From contig MU055452.1 in assembly GCA_013239625.1 (NCBI GenBank), forward strand, positions 3,699,394 to 3,763,393: a stretch of DNA of 64,000 nt, read 5' to 3'. A program made the position numbers and the translations under genes. The notes under the pieces are model-generated. The model ran no database searches and was not told the origin of the DNA. It was given only the letters and a program-made list of their open reading frames with translations. The DNA comes from Lama guanicoe. Its lineage: Eukaryota. Positions 1-12,155 of this stretch are shown here, one piece after another (the stretch's first letter is position 1; the number at the start of each line of letters is the position of its first letter).

Positions 1-360
1 TTTTTTTTAAATCTAAGTGCCACTGGAAGTCCATGAAAGATTATAAGCAGGTGATCCCATTTGAGTTTTTAAAAACTGGTTTCAGCTATCATGAAAAAAA
101 ACTGAAGGTGAACAGAAAGAAAGGAAACCAGTAAAGAAACTACAGCAATAATCCAGGTGACAGATGGTGGTGGCTTAGGCTCGGATAACAGCACTAGGCA
201 CAAAGAATAGCTAGATAAGAGTACTTTGGAGATAGAAAAAAGGGGCTCTACTAATGAGCTGGTTGTAGTAGATGAGAGAAATTAAAACAGATGAGAGGAA
301 TTAAAGATAACTCTTAGGTGTTCGGCTTGAGCGATCAGGTTGTGATACTTACTGAGTTAG
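1..360 (-). mobile_element. L2 LINE fragment
   Basis: L2-like text (accagtaaagaaactacagcaataatccaggtgacagatggtggtggc...aaagataactcttaggtgttcggcttgagc). Confidence 0.7.
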
Positions 361-389
361 GTGCAATGTAAGAAAAAAGAGTGTTTCTA

Positions 390-586
390 GAACTGCACTG
401 TTTAATACAGTAGCCCTAGTCACACAAGGCTATTTACATTTAAATTTTATTAAAATTTAGCTCATAAGTCACATTACCACATTCCAAGTGCTCAACAGCC
501 ACATGTAGCTGGTGGCTATCATATCAGAGTACACAGACGTAGAACATTTCCATCATCACAAAAAGCTCTACTGTACAGCGCTGTTT
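390..586 (-). mobile_element. MER3-like hAT-Charlie DNA transposon
   Basis: tagccctagtcacac...gtgctcaacagccacatgtagctggtggcta...agaacatttccatcatcacaaaaagctctactgtacagcgctg matches the reverse complement of MER3. Confidence 0.8.
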
Positions 587-829
587 CAGAAGGAAGAAAG
601 GTTTTAAAAAATGCAAATGCTGAGTGGTCCAGCAAGACCTTTAGGTCAACATGAAGGCCGAACAGTGAGCTCAGCAAGAGCACGTTCACTTTAGTAATGA
701 AACCAGAATATAAACTGGAATAGGAGATGAAAGGTGGAGACCATATCCATACCATATCTCTTTCAGGCTGTGAAAGGGAACAACCAAAGGGGCATGAGCT
801 GGAGAAACAGGTTGTCCAATTCCAGAATA

Positions 830-3800
830 TTCACCCATTCAACAGATGTTTATTGAGCACCTACAACTTCCAGAAACTATTCTGGATACCAGGCATACAA
901 ACCAAATCAGGACAGGACCCTGACCAGGGGAAATAACAAGTAAGAAAACACGTCACTTTGAGAGATTATGGTTAAACATCACAAACCAAATAAAAGAGAA
1001 CATGATAAAGTGAAAATAAATGAGTGAACACAGAAGAACTCAATCTGACGTGAGCCATAAATGACAGGAAGGAAACACCTCTGCCAAGGTCTAAAATGTA
1101 TTTGCATGCTATTGGGAATGATCCACAATGAGGTGGTAAAATGTGAAAGTCATTCACTCAACACATATTTACTGATCCACTAGTGTGTACAATTCCAGGC
1201 ACTGGGAAGAAAGCAGTAAGGACAGACAATAATCCTTATCTTCCTAGAGCTTATGCTGTAGGAGGCTAAGAAAAAGGGGGGAGGGAGAGGTAATATATCC
1301 ACTATGTTAGACAGTGATGAAGGCTAAGGAAAAACATAAAGAAAAGAGATAGGAATTTGGGGAGGAACTTTTACTAAGTTTGCAGTGCCTACAGTTTCTA
1401 CCTCCGGTGATCCTCCAATCTAGCTACTCTGTGCCTACTGCTACTACCCTAACCTAACCCACCACCATCTGTCACCTGGACGACTACTGTAGTTGTTTTA
1501 CTGGTGTTCCCCCTTTTTTTCTTGTCCCCTTTCAGTTTTACTTCCAGAGGGAGTGAGAGAAGGAAAATGGCAGGTCATAAAGTGAGTAGTTCTAACACGT
1601 AGGATTTCATGCTTTTATAGAATGAGATGGTAAAGCCCTGGAGATTTCTAAACAGAAAAGTTACAACATCTATTGCTTTAAAAGGATTATTCTGGCTACT
1701 GTGTTGTGAATACAGTTAAGGGAAACAAAAGTATATAAAGCAGCAAAGACCAGTTGGAAGGCCTCTGCAGTAATCCAGGCAAAAGATTAAGATGGCATGG
1801 CTATGGTAAGAAATGGCTAGATTTTGGATATATTTTAGGAGAGCAGACACAACTTTCAGACAAGGTTTGGATATGGGGTGAGAGAAAAACAGTCAATAAC
1901 AGCAAGGTTTTAAGTTTGAGTAACTGGAGAGGTAAGAGTTGCATTTAGGAAAGACTAAACGGAACAGCTTTAGGAGAAATTGGGAGCTCAGTTTCAGATA
2001 TATTACGTTTGAGATGCTTCTTAGACATCCAAAATGTTGGCAAAAGTTGGATATCAGGATCTACAGCTCAAGGGAAAAACCTAGGCTAGGGATATAAATC
2101 AGGAAGCCATCAGCAAATAAATTAAATATCATAATGTTTAAAGCTATGAGACTGGCAACGAAAAAAGGCTAGGGATATAAATCAGGAAGCCATCAGCAAA
2201 TAAATTAAATATCATAATGTTTAAAGCTATGAGACTGGCAACGAAAAAAGAGGTCCAAGGACTAAATTTTCAGCCACTCCAACATAGAGGTCAAAGAGAT
2301 GGCAGAAAAAGCAAAGGAGACTAAGAAGGAATCACCAGTGAGGTAGGAAGAAAACTTGCTATTAGATGTGGTGGCCTAGAAGCCAAGTGAAACCTGGGTC
2401 TCAAGCAACTGTGCCAGATGCTATTAAGAGATTATGTGAGATGAAGACTGGAGATTTATAACATGGTGGTCACTGGTAGAGATTCAAAAGAAAAGGGAAG
2501 TGAGTATATCCAAACAATTATTTCAAGGTATTTTGTTTGAAAGATAAGCAGATTGAGTGGATGAAAAGAGGAAGCAGGAATGAAAGTTTTTTTTTTAATG
2601 GAACAAATAGTATCACGTTTGTATGCTCATGGGACAAGCCAGTAGAGAAGTGATGCAAGAGAAGAGACAATGACAGAGTAATATTCTTGAGAGCAAGAGG
2701 GAATGGGGTCTAGTGTAGAAATGAGCCAGTTGTCCTCATCCGTGAACACTACAATTTATCCGTAATGACAGAGGAGAAGGTAAAGAGCATAGTCACAGAT
2801 GTGGGAGCATGTAGGAATTCTTCCAATTATTCAACATGCTTTGTGAAATAGAGAGCAAGGGCAGTAGGTGAGACCAAGGATGAGGGAAGAGGTTTGAGAA
2901 GAGAGGAAACCAATACATTCATAAAGAGGGATGAATTAACAGACCAAGGACCACTAGGCATGAAGCCAGGGAGGGACAATGTTGTTGAGAGTGTATATAA
3001 AAAAGTGATTATGATTTAACATGAAATTTCAGTTGGGTAGAAGTGAGGGTGAGGGATACTGAAAAGCATAGATGGACAAAGTATAAGTTCCAGTGGAGCC
3101 AAAGAGCTGTTGGAATTGAAGAACTAGGGTGGCTGAATCAGACTGAAAAATAAGATCACTGGAAGAGAAGAAATCAAAGAACTGAGAGGTTAGAATATTG
3201 GAAGTATCCTCTAAATCAATGTTACTCCAAGTACCATACCACAACACCCTAAGGAGCCTGTGCCAGATTATATAAATCAAAATACTGCCTCCTTCATCAA
3301 AAAAAAAAAAAAGTCAGCTGAACTAAACACTGAGCTTAGTGATACAGGTGATTTTCATTCTGGCACAAATGCCTTACTCCACTTCATACTAGTAACAAAC
3401 AGTTCACAGACCAGGTAGCATTTTGAATAGCACTGCTCTAAATGTACATTGATACCACCAAAAACCAAGAAGTATGACAGAAATAAAGAAGACAGTGATC
3501 CAGAAGCTAACAATGCTCAAGGAAGGAAGGGAATGACCCAGGAAAGTTGGTAGATGACTGAAATAGAGGGGTGGTGGGTGGTACAATTGATGGCATGAAA
3601 GTCAAAGCTTAAAGTTCTGGGAAAGAATGGTCAGAAAGTGACAATGAGGAATAAAGAAGATATTAATTCAGCAATAAAAGATATGCAAGAAGAAGAAACA
3701 TTTACCACCTGAGAGCGCTGCTAGATCAGGAGCATTATAGGGGAGAGGTTAGGTTACAGCTGGAGCAAGAAAGAAAAGGAAACATTCCCAGAAAAGATTG

Positions 3801-4060
3801 ACAATAAAAAGGATTTGCTAAAGACTATGAGTTCCAAGAGGCATAATGAATGGACATCAGGAGATGATAAAATGTGGAAGATGGAGACCAGAAAAAGCAA
3901 TGGGATTAGAATCTGGAGGGATAAGGATAACACGAAGAGTGAGGCATAACGAAAGGAACAATGTCCTTGAACAGGCATGTGTCAGGACTGGCCTCTGACC
4001 AGAATATAATGCTTTCTCCATCTTAAAGATGGATGGACCCTCCATGCAGATTGACAATAA
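830..4060 (-). mobile_element. Cluster of L2 LINE fragments (mostly minus strand; plus-strand piece at about 1395-1545)
   Basis: L2 3' ends (cattcaacagatgtttattgagcacc at ~836; cattcactcaacacatatttactga at ~1151) followed by long purine-rich L2 body text. Confidence 0.7.
2083..2250. repeat. Perfect 83-bp tandem duplication inside L2
   Basis: aggctagggatataaatcaggaagcc...gagactggcaacgaaaaa begins at 2083 and again at 2166, with no mismatch seen. Confidence 0.95.
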
Positions 4061-6519
4061 GAAGGTGAAGGAGTTCCTGCTTAGCTTCTGATGGGGGAAA
4101 GGGGATTAGTTTGAGGAGCAAAGACACGTTAAAGTCTTCCTGTCTTAGTACTTTCTAAAGAAATGTAATATGACCTGGGATATAACGGCAGTAAGGCGAA
4201 ACCTGAGGCCCTTTAGCATATAGTCAGGCCATTCTTCAAGCATGATTCAAGAATCTAAGTATTCTTACAAAACATATCCAGTTTTAGTATTTTAACTATC
4301 ATTATTACTCTGCCATATGAGTGACTCCAGACTTCTAATCTCTTAAACTGTCTAGCCTCTTACTTTCCATTCTAAGGAGAACAGACTGGCTGGCACTCTG
4401 ACTCAAGACCTAGGTAAAATGACTGCAGAATTAAGGCAGGAAACAGTAACCTACAGAGGACAACTACAAAGTTAAGTTTTACTACCTAAATGTATCACAG
4501 AGAACATTTGTATCTAACAGAACAATATAAACCTCGTTTCATATCCTCATGTGGCTTTTCCAACAGAAGATAACAAACTTTAAAATTAATAAAATAAACT
4601 TTAAAACTTTAAAAGTAAGCAAAATGCCAGAAAGACTAAATTAATGAATCTATCTAAAGAGTACTATGTCAGCATACTATGCTTCCCATATAACACTTAT
4701 TCAGTGTCTACTTTTGCATCTAAATGAACTGTTAGGTATAAAGTAATGTCTGACACTGCTACATTCTTTGACTAGCTCAGGAAAGATTTTAGGTGTCTAC
4801 CTCAGCACTTTCTACACAGAAGAATGGAACTCCACTGGGAAACCTCCATAGTTAGTTGGATTGAAAAATATTTCCAAGAAACCCTTGTTACTCCTTTATA
4901 CATGTGTCATTCATCTAGTACACAGAAAACTTCAAAAAAAAAAAAAGACTCTTTACACCCCTACCCCCAAACCACTTAATTATATTTAAAAAAGGGGATG
5001 GGGGCAGCTTTACAACCACCACCCCTCAGTGAAGCAAATTACAATCATTAAGATCATTTCCAAACTGCATTCCCAAGAAATTTTCAGTAAATCTAACTTC
5101 TCACATTTTTATATGGGTAATGTACAATAGTGTGTATGTGTGTATATGTGTATGTGTATATATATATATATCACAATTATTTCAGCTACCATAAAACTCA
5201 ATTAATAAAAGAAACTTATTAATTAATCCCTTAGCATTTGCACATCTTTTACTTCCAAGTCAGATCAGCTATCAGCATTTAAAGATTTATCACAGGTATC
5301 ATCTGTATGCCAGGAGGACTGATGAGCTTGAAAGAACTTGTTAAAAGTACCTCCCCCACCTCCACTTTTCTAATTGTTTAACACACCTGTTACATCAGTT
5401 AAAAGGAAATATCAGTCCAGCAACATGTGTTGTGAAATCACAAGTAAAATCATGGGAATATTAGCGAAGAGATTAATAGATGGAAATAAACAGGGGAGCA
5501 AATAAGCACTGATATGACGCAGTTTCACCTCAGCATCATCCAGCTGTTCACATTCTTCAAACTGTTCTAGGATGGGGGAGGCCTTTTCAAAAAAAAAGTT
5601 TAAAAGAAATCGGAGGCAGAAAACTTCTGGACTATTACAAGAGAAACTTTACAGTGGCTCTGCAAAGTTATATGGGGATTGTGGAAGAGGCCAAAGGGTG
5701 AGCATACCTGCAATGAATGTTTTGTGAAAAGACCACCAATGAGTTTCGCTTGCATTATATACCATATCCTATATAAACAACTGCAGTCTGTTTTCAAATG
5801 ATGCTTTTTAAAACCAATGTTTGCATTTCCAGTCCAGACTTAGTTTGCCATTTAAACATGTAGTCTGAAGACTAAATACGCCACTTTTCAAAGTGGAAAT
5901 GAAAAACCTTGCACTAGCAGCAAAAGATTGAACCAGTATCTATTAAATTGCCTGCAAAAAGTTATCCTGACCAAATAGCAGTAAGCCATTAATTTAAATA
6001 AAACTGATATTCAATTAATTCTTCAATCTAAGCTTTGCTTTTCAGTTTTAGATTTAGTGTGATAACAGTTTATCACAGAAATGCAGATTTTGGCTGAAAA
6101 CCAAAACATGATTTAAAGTCGTCAATAAAATTTCAGGCTAACATGACTGTGTACCACAGTCAGAATTTGTCCAGCATTTTAAGTGTCTTCAGAGATTAAG
6201 TTTTGAGATCTCTTTTAAGAATATACTTTTTAAAACTATACCTAAGATGATCAAGTAGTGAACAAGTTGTTGTTTCTTCTCCTCTTCCTTGACCCTACCC
6301 ATCTTGATTTCTAAACTGTGTGAATTTCCCAGATTTCACAAACTTAATAGTACATTTAAGTTCCTAATCTATAATAAACTGATACAAGGCATTTTCAAGT
6401 GCCAAATATAAACTAATCTTACTTAAGTTATATATACACATACACACACAATCAATAGTACTACCTTCAGTCATTTAGTAGAATCATCATTCTAAAAAAA
6501 CTGTACTCCAAATGGACTA

Positions 6520-6830
6520 ATGCAGATGTTACAAACTGGCAGTAACCTGGTAATACGTGTACTTAAAATGTGCTAAACAGTGTCTTGAAATATGAATTTC
6601 ATTCACTGATGTGTGTGTCATGGGATGCACATCAATCTGGATTTCCCACTTCTCTTAAGGGGAAAAGAAGTCAGATGATATGGAAACCTGAACTATTTTC
6701 CCACACGATGGACAGAGCTGAAGATTGGCTGCTTAGATGGGACATGTGTTCTCCAATTTGCTGTAGTCCACAGGGTCCCAGTTAGCCCGTACCTGCCTGG
6801 CCCTGAAGACACTGAGTAGCCATTCCCACT
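6520..6830 (+). mobile_element. MER102-like hAT-Charlie element
   Basis: acaaactggcag...ggatttcccacttctctt...gagctgaagattggctgcttagatgggacatgtgttctcca resembles MER102. Confidence 0.45.
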
Positions 6831-8028
6831 GCAAAGAAAGATCAATTCCACATAGTTTTGAAAGCAATCATACTTTAGTCTCTTGTATGCTATATTAACG
6901 AAGTAGCCAATTTTATTAGGTCCCTAACAGGAAGAATTTTTTTCCAAGTTAAGATGTACATAGTTTTCAAGAGAACTTTCAAGTCTGCTCTCGTATCTCA
7001 TAAAAATCTTGGAAAATTGGAACAGAAACTATCTTGACCTAAAGACAGTTAATGCTGCAAATACTTGTTACGGACTTGGACGTTACTTATTCCATATATG
7101 ATCCTTTATGAAGGATCACAGCCCATTCTGAAATAATCATTTACATAGAACAACTGAGGCATTCTTGCTTTATTTTCTTTGAAAAAAAAGATACAACAAA
7201 TACATTTCTTAAATCATCAAAAATCAAATACATTTCTTAGTCAAAAATGTCTCCACAAAATTATACTGAATTCCAAGAGCAAAATGGAGCAGTAAGTGAA
7301 ACCATCATCTTCCCTCCTTACTCAAGCAAATTTTAAATTTCATTTCAACCACCTATTATGGAAAACATGCAAAGTTAATTTTTTCCCCTAAAGTCTGAGA
7401 ATTTTCCAAAAAATGACTATTTGACTTCTAAAGCTACTTTAAAACAAGCTTTATTCCTGTTACTAATCAGAATCTGATCGGAAATAAATGTTTTCATAAA
7501 ATAATGCTACTAATAGAAGCAGCAAAGAACTTTTAACACAGCAACGTTGAGAAAAGTTTACTGAAAAATTTAAAGGGCAAAATACTGGTATAGTGCATCA
7601 CAACACTATACAAATATATACTATATACAAATGAGACCCCGCAGTCACTAGGCATTATCTCCAGAATTCATAAGTTGACCCAACTAGCTCTGTAGATACC
7701 CAGTTCTTAAACACAGACAAAATATTCCTTGAAAATATAACCAAGTTGAGGACTTACTCATGTTTTACTGTGTAATAGAGTTTAGACAAATTGACAATCA
7801 CTTGTTAACTTCTTCTGAGAATTTTAGTGTCCCTAATTTATTAATACAGCTAAACATTAGGATCATTTACCCCAAAATTATTATCCTGAGGTTTTGGTTT
7901 GTAAGTATGATATATTTAAGCAGAAGCAAAACTTTCTATTTAAAGTGACAAAATTTAATCCTTGGTTTAACTTTGACCTTTCTCCTGCAAATAATGGTTG
8001 AGATGACATAGTCTCAAACCAACCTTTT

Positions 8029-8141
8029 TCTTGGGGGGGGGGGGTAAGGTTCATCTATTTACTTTTGGTGGAGGTACCAGGGATTGACCCTGGGACCTCG
8101 TGCGTGCTAGGCATGCACTCTACCACTGAGCTATATCCTCC
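8029..8141 (-). mobile_element. Camelid tRNA-derived SINE (Vic-1-like) with TSD
   Basis: Reverse complement gives gaggatatagctcagtggtagagtgcatgcctagcacgcacgaggtcccagggtcaatccctggtacctcc (A and B boxes); flanked by tctcaaaccaa(c/t)ctttt at 8012 and 8142. Confidence 0.88.
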
Positions 8142-11100
8142 TCTCAAACCAATCTTTTAATTAACAGTATTAACAGGAATAAATTATTCTAGGATTCTAA
8201 AGGTTTCTTGATTGATGCTTTCTCATCAAAACTATTCCACACAAACCTGCTAGGGGAAAAAAATTATGACAAGCATTACATTATATCCACTGGAGGGCAC
8301 TCAACACGACCAAAGCTTGCAATGAAAACAGGCCCTAACTCTATTCTCACTCAGCTGCATCAGGTTTGAGGGAGACTCTGGGGGTGGGGAGTATCTCTTA
8401 AAAGAGTTGCTCACAATTAACAAATTTTAAAAGATAGTTAAACTCTAAAAAGGGTTCCTAATGTGACTGACTTTCTCTTTTAAGAGCTTCTTTCCTTAGG
8501 GAGGAAGCAGATTAAACACATACTTCAAGGATAGCAGGGTTTAGGCCTCAACAGATGAATCTAGATTTCAAACCTAGTCAAGCTCAGACTTGCATAAAAC
8601 ACAAAAGCAGCATTCTTAAGTAAACAGAGGAAATAAAGAACTCTCTCCAAAGCTTAAGTAATGAAAAACACAAGTAAACTTCTACTCATTTTCAAGCAAC
8701 ACAAATCACATATTTTCCCTTCATGGAACTTAAGTATATATTTTAGCCTATTAGCCTAGTTATTTATTGCACCACAATTAGAACAGATTACATAAACAAT
8801 AGTTTGTTAAAAAAAAAAAAGAACTGATTCTGGAAATCAGTATTCTCTCAATGAGGGTACAAGAGGCAAGAACTACATGCTCTGGACTAATCAGAAGCAG
8901 CTCCCAGTCTATGTTTTATGTTTACTTTTATGGTATAAAAATGTTTAGTCAAGCTGTTTCAACAAAAGATACCGTACTCCCAATAAAGAGGGCTACATGA
9001 ATATAAGCTAATACAACTAATGTTTTCACAACCAATGTAACAAGCCAACATGTAGCACTAAAGAGTTACCAATACTTTTATTAGACGTTTGTCCTGCTCT
9101 AAATGCATTCATCCTTTCTGCCCTGGGTTGACAATGGAGCACGCTTCCAACCAAGCTCAAAGTACAAACTTAAAATTTACCACCTACTCCTCTACTATTA
9201 TCAGCAAATAATAAACCATGGAAGAGAAATAAAATCTTATTATAACTGGACAGATGTACTGTTTCATTTCAATAACACAAAAGTTTCATTTGGATGAAGA
9301 TAGTCCATTTCTGGGGTTAATTTCAGTGCTACTTCTAAAACGTGAGACTTCAACTTTTGAATTCTCTACGTCCCAAACAATACCTAAGTTCTTCTTTCCA
9401 CCCCTCCCAACAATAAAAAAATAACCTGCAGATAGATTTCTTAAGGACCAAATATCAAACACCCTTAGAGAAATTTGACTACTTCATGTTTTCCCTTCCT
9501 ATTAGGGGAGATGGAGGAGGGAACTGTCTATGAAAACAAAAATACACCTCATTTACACGGAGAATTTTTATTCCAGTCATCACTAGTAACAGTAGGACAC
9601 TCAATTCAGTTTAAATTTTAATATTGGAATCTACATTTTTCTACAGTTGTCTTGGTAAAGGAAGTAGTCAACACTTCAAAAGAAAGAAAACTCTTGCTTA
9701 TTGACACCTGAACACGGCTAAATGTTGTTTTTTTGTTTGGTTGTTTTTTGCCACCTTATTTTTAAAAGCTGGTTTTTCCTGAAGGCTATTTTAAGTGACC
9801 ATTCTAGCCTCTAGGAGAATCTCAAGCCTAGAGCCCCACAAGGACTCTAGTCACATGCTATACTCAACTTTCTAGTGCATTTTTTTTTAATTTCCCCTTC
9901 AAGGACTTCAGACTTGAATAGTCTCAGCATTCCTTTAATCCTATAGAATTGTCTTTCCCAAGTTTTTCAAGTTACTGTTGCAATTACTTTAGTGCCTTGT
10001 ACGTGGCCTTCAGAACAAAGACTAGGTCAAAGTAATGAATATTGGGTGCAAAGTAATAAAATTTTGTGAAAGGAGATTCTCAAACCTTAAAGGCACTTTT
10101 TTTTTAATCCAGAGATTTTTGGGTTTAAATGTAAAAGTACAATAAACGCAGCAGCTGCCTTAGTTCAGACCAGGAGAAAAAGCCTCCGAAGTAGAAGTTT
10201 GCAGAAGTTTGCTTCACTTATTCAGCAGATAACTAAACAGCAGCATTATGTAAATAACACTTCAAGCTGTGACTAATATTTCTTAGAACGAAGACAAGTT
10301 AACATCACAGATATCGGAAAGTACTGAATGTACACCAAGTGGCAATAATGAAATGGCTCCCTAAGTTTCAGACAAAATACTTTATAACTCACCAATCTGA
10401 AAAATATCAGCAGAGGCTTTATCAAAGGACAGCCGTCTCTTCAAGCTGCTGTCTAGTCTAAGCCACCACTATTCATGACACAAAGCTCTCATTTCACTAA
10501 AACCACTCCTCGATTTCCTTTTGCCGACCTCTGCATACCAGCAGGCCAGTCTCTCTTCATTCACTGCTCACAAACTGGGGGCGGGGGGGGAGGGGAGACC
10601 ACAGATGTCTGGAAGATACAAAGTAGGAGACAATGCGCCCTCCAAGAGGGAACAGAAAACGAAGGGAACAACTACACCCGACTGCCAAAGCTTTCAAGTT
10701 TAGCGGATTCAGAAGCGGGCTGTGAGAACTTAACTTCGAGAGTCTCTGTTCCCAGTCTCCCCAGGCAAAACACGGACCGAAGTTGCAACAGAGGAATCTC
10801 ATTCGGGCAATTTTGCAGCGAGGGGGAAAAAAAAATCACCCCGCAGAAAAAATGCTCGAAAAATCAAGTTTAGCCGCCACAAAACTATCTGAATAAATAA
10901 TCCCTACGAACAACATTCTCGAAGCAGTCAGAGCCCGCGGGTCACTTGACAAGACACAGTAAGCCAGTTGCTCTCGCCCTTATTTTTTCTGCTAGAGTCT
11001 AACACCCACCGCCAGAAATCCAAGACTCTCAGGACCTTGCATGCCGCTTTCACTCACCTGCACGGTGCAAGAAAATATAGGTGCAAAATACGGATTTTAT

Positions 11101-11817
11101 ATGTGCATATCTTCCTGGCGCATCGCACCGTCTGCACTAATAGTTTGGATCTTCTAAGATTTAAAGTTGCTTGGATTTACACAAACGCCAGTGCCAAACT
11201 CACATAGGCAGAGCATTAAAAAAGACGCTAACAATTCTCCTAACAATTCGTCCTTAAGAACGAAGGAGGGAATCTGGAGAGAAAGTCCACTGGCCCCATC
11301 CCCACGACAGACAGGACCTAGGGTGGCGTCCCAGGCCCAGAGCCCGTACCCCAACTCCCCGCGGAGGCTGGGAAGGCGGAGTCCCCCGTCCCCGCCCCGC
11401 CCCCCACCCCGGCCCCGGCGCATCCCGAGGCGCAGGGTCCCTCCCCCAAACTCAGCCGCGGCCGGAGCCCCAGACGGAAACCACAGGCCCCCCACCCCCA
11501 ACAGCCTGCCGGCCAGCCGAGCTCCCGGACGCGCCCTCGCAGCGCCCCCTCCCCGCAAGCGGAGCCCCCAGGGCCCCCGAGGAGCGGCGCGACCGGAACC
11601 CGGGCCCGGCCGCCGCCCTCCGTCCCTCGGGCGCGGCCCGCCCCCGCCGCCTCCCCGGCGCCCCCAGCCCGCACCCCCCGGTCTCCACCCCAGGCCTCCG
11701 GGCTGCGCCGGGCCCGGCTCCCAGCCGCCGCCAGGACCGCGCGCCCGCGACGAAGTTTGGCTCCGAAGAGGGAGCGGGAGCAGCTCCGAAAGGGTAAGGA
11801 AAGGAGCGCCCAAGTAC

Positions 11818-12037
11818 CTCGGGGGAACAGGCTCCTCCCGCCGCGGGAGTCTGACCGTCCTCGGCCTGCGGTGGCGGCTCGGCGGGGACCGCAGCTGCTC
11901 CNNNNNNNNNNNNNNNNNNNNNNNNNNNNNNNNNNNNNNNNNNNNNNNNNNNNNNNNNNNNNNNNNNNNNNNNNNNNNNNNNNNNNNNNNNNNNNNNNNN
12001 NNNNNNNNNNNNNNNNNNNNNNNNNNNNNNNNNTCCT
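11818..12037 (-). other. CTNNB1: CTNNB1 exon 1 (non-coding 5' UTR exon); TSS and 5' part hidden by N run 11902-12033
   Basis: Minus strand reads GGAGCAGCTGCGGTCCCCGCCGAGCCGCCACCGCAGGCCGAGGACGGTCAGACTCCCGCGGCGGGAGGAGCCTGTTCCCCCGAG|GTACTTGGGCGCTCCTTTCCTTA, closely matching the human CTNNB1 exon 1/intron 1 junction as recalled. The other flank (GGAACGCTCCGCGCTGCGCCGCTGGCGGCAGGA) matches the recalled human sequence just upstream of the TSS. Donor GT at 11817-11816. The 5' boundary is approximate. Confidence 0.93.
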
Positions 12038-12081
12038 GCCGCCAGCGGCGCAGCGCGGAGCGTTCCGCAGCGCGAGGACAA

Positions 12082-12155
12082 GGGGCGGGGCGCGGGCGGG
12101 AGGCGGAAAGTAGTCCCCGTACCGCCGTTCGCTCGCCCCGGGCTGGGGCGGGGCG
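12082..12155. promoter_or_regulatory. Proximal promoter: Sp/KLF GC boxes and ZNF143/THAP11-like ACTAC motif
   Basis: GGGGCGGGGC at 12082-12091 and a second near 12146-12155; GGACTACTTTCC on the minus strand at 12105-12116. Confidence 0.65.

Larger units (their letters stand above)
1..11817 (-). other. CTNNB1: CTNNB1 intron 1, 5' portion (continues past the left edge)
   Basis: Starts at the exon 1 donor. No exon 2 sequence (GGTATTTGAAGTATACC...ATGGCTACTC) is seen in the window, consistent with the long first intron known in human. Confidence 0.88.

Noticed and set aside
5520-5580. Possible ~38-nt micro-exon on the minus strand (cctag|AACAG...GAG|gtgaaa)
   Set aside because: Weak donor and no resemblance to any known CTNNB1 exon.
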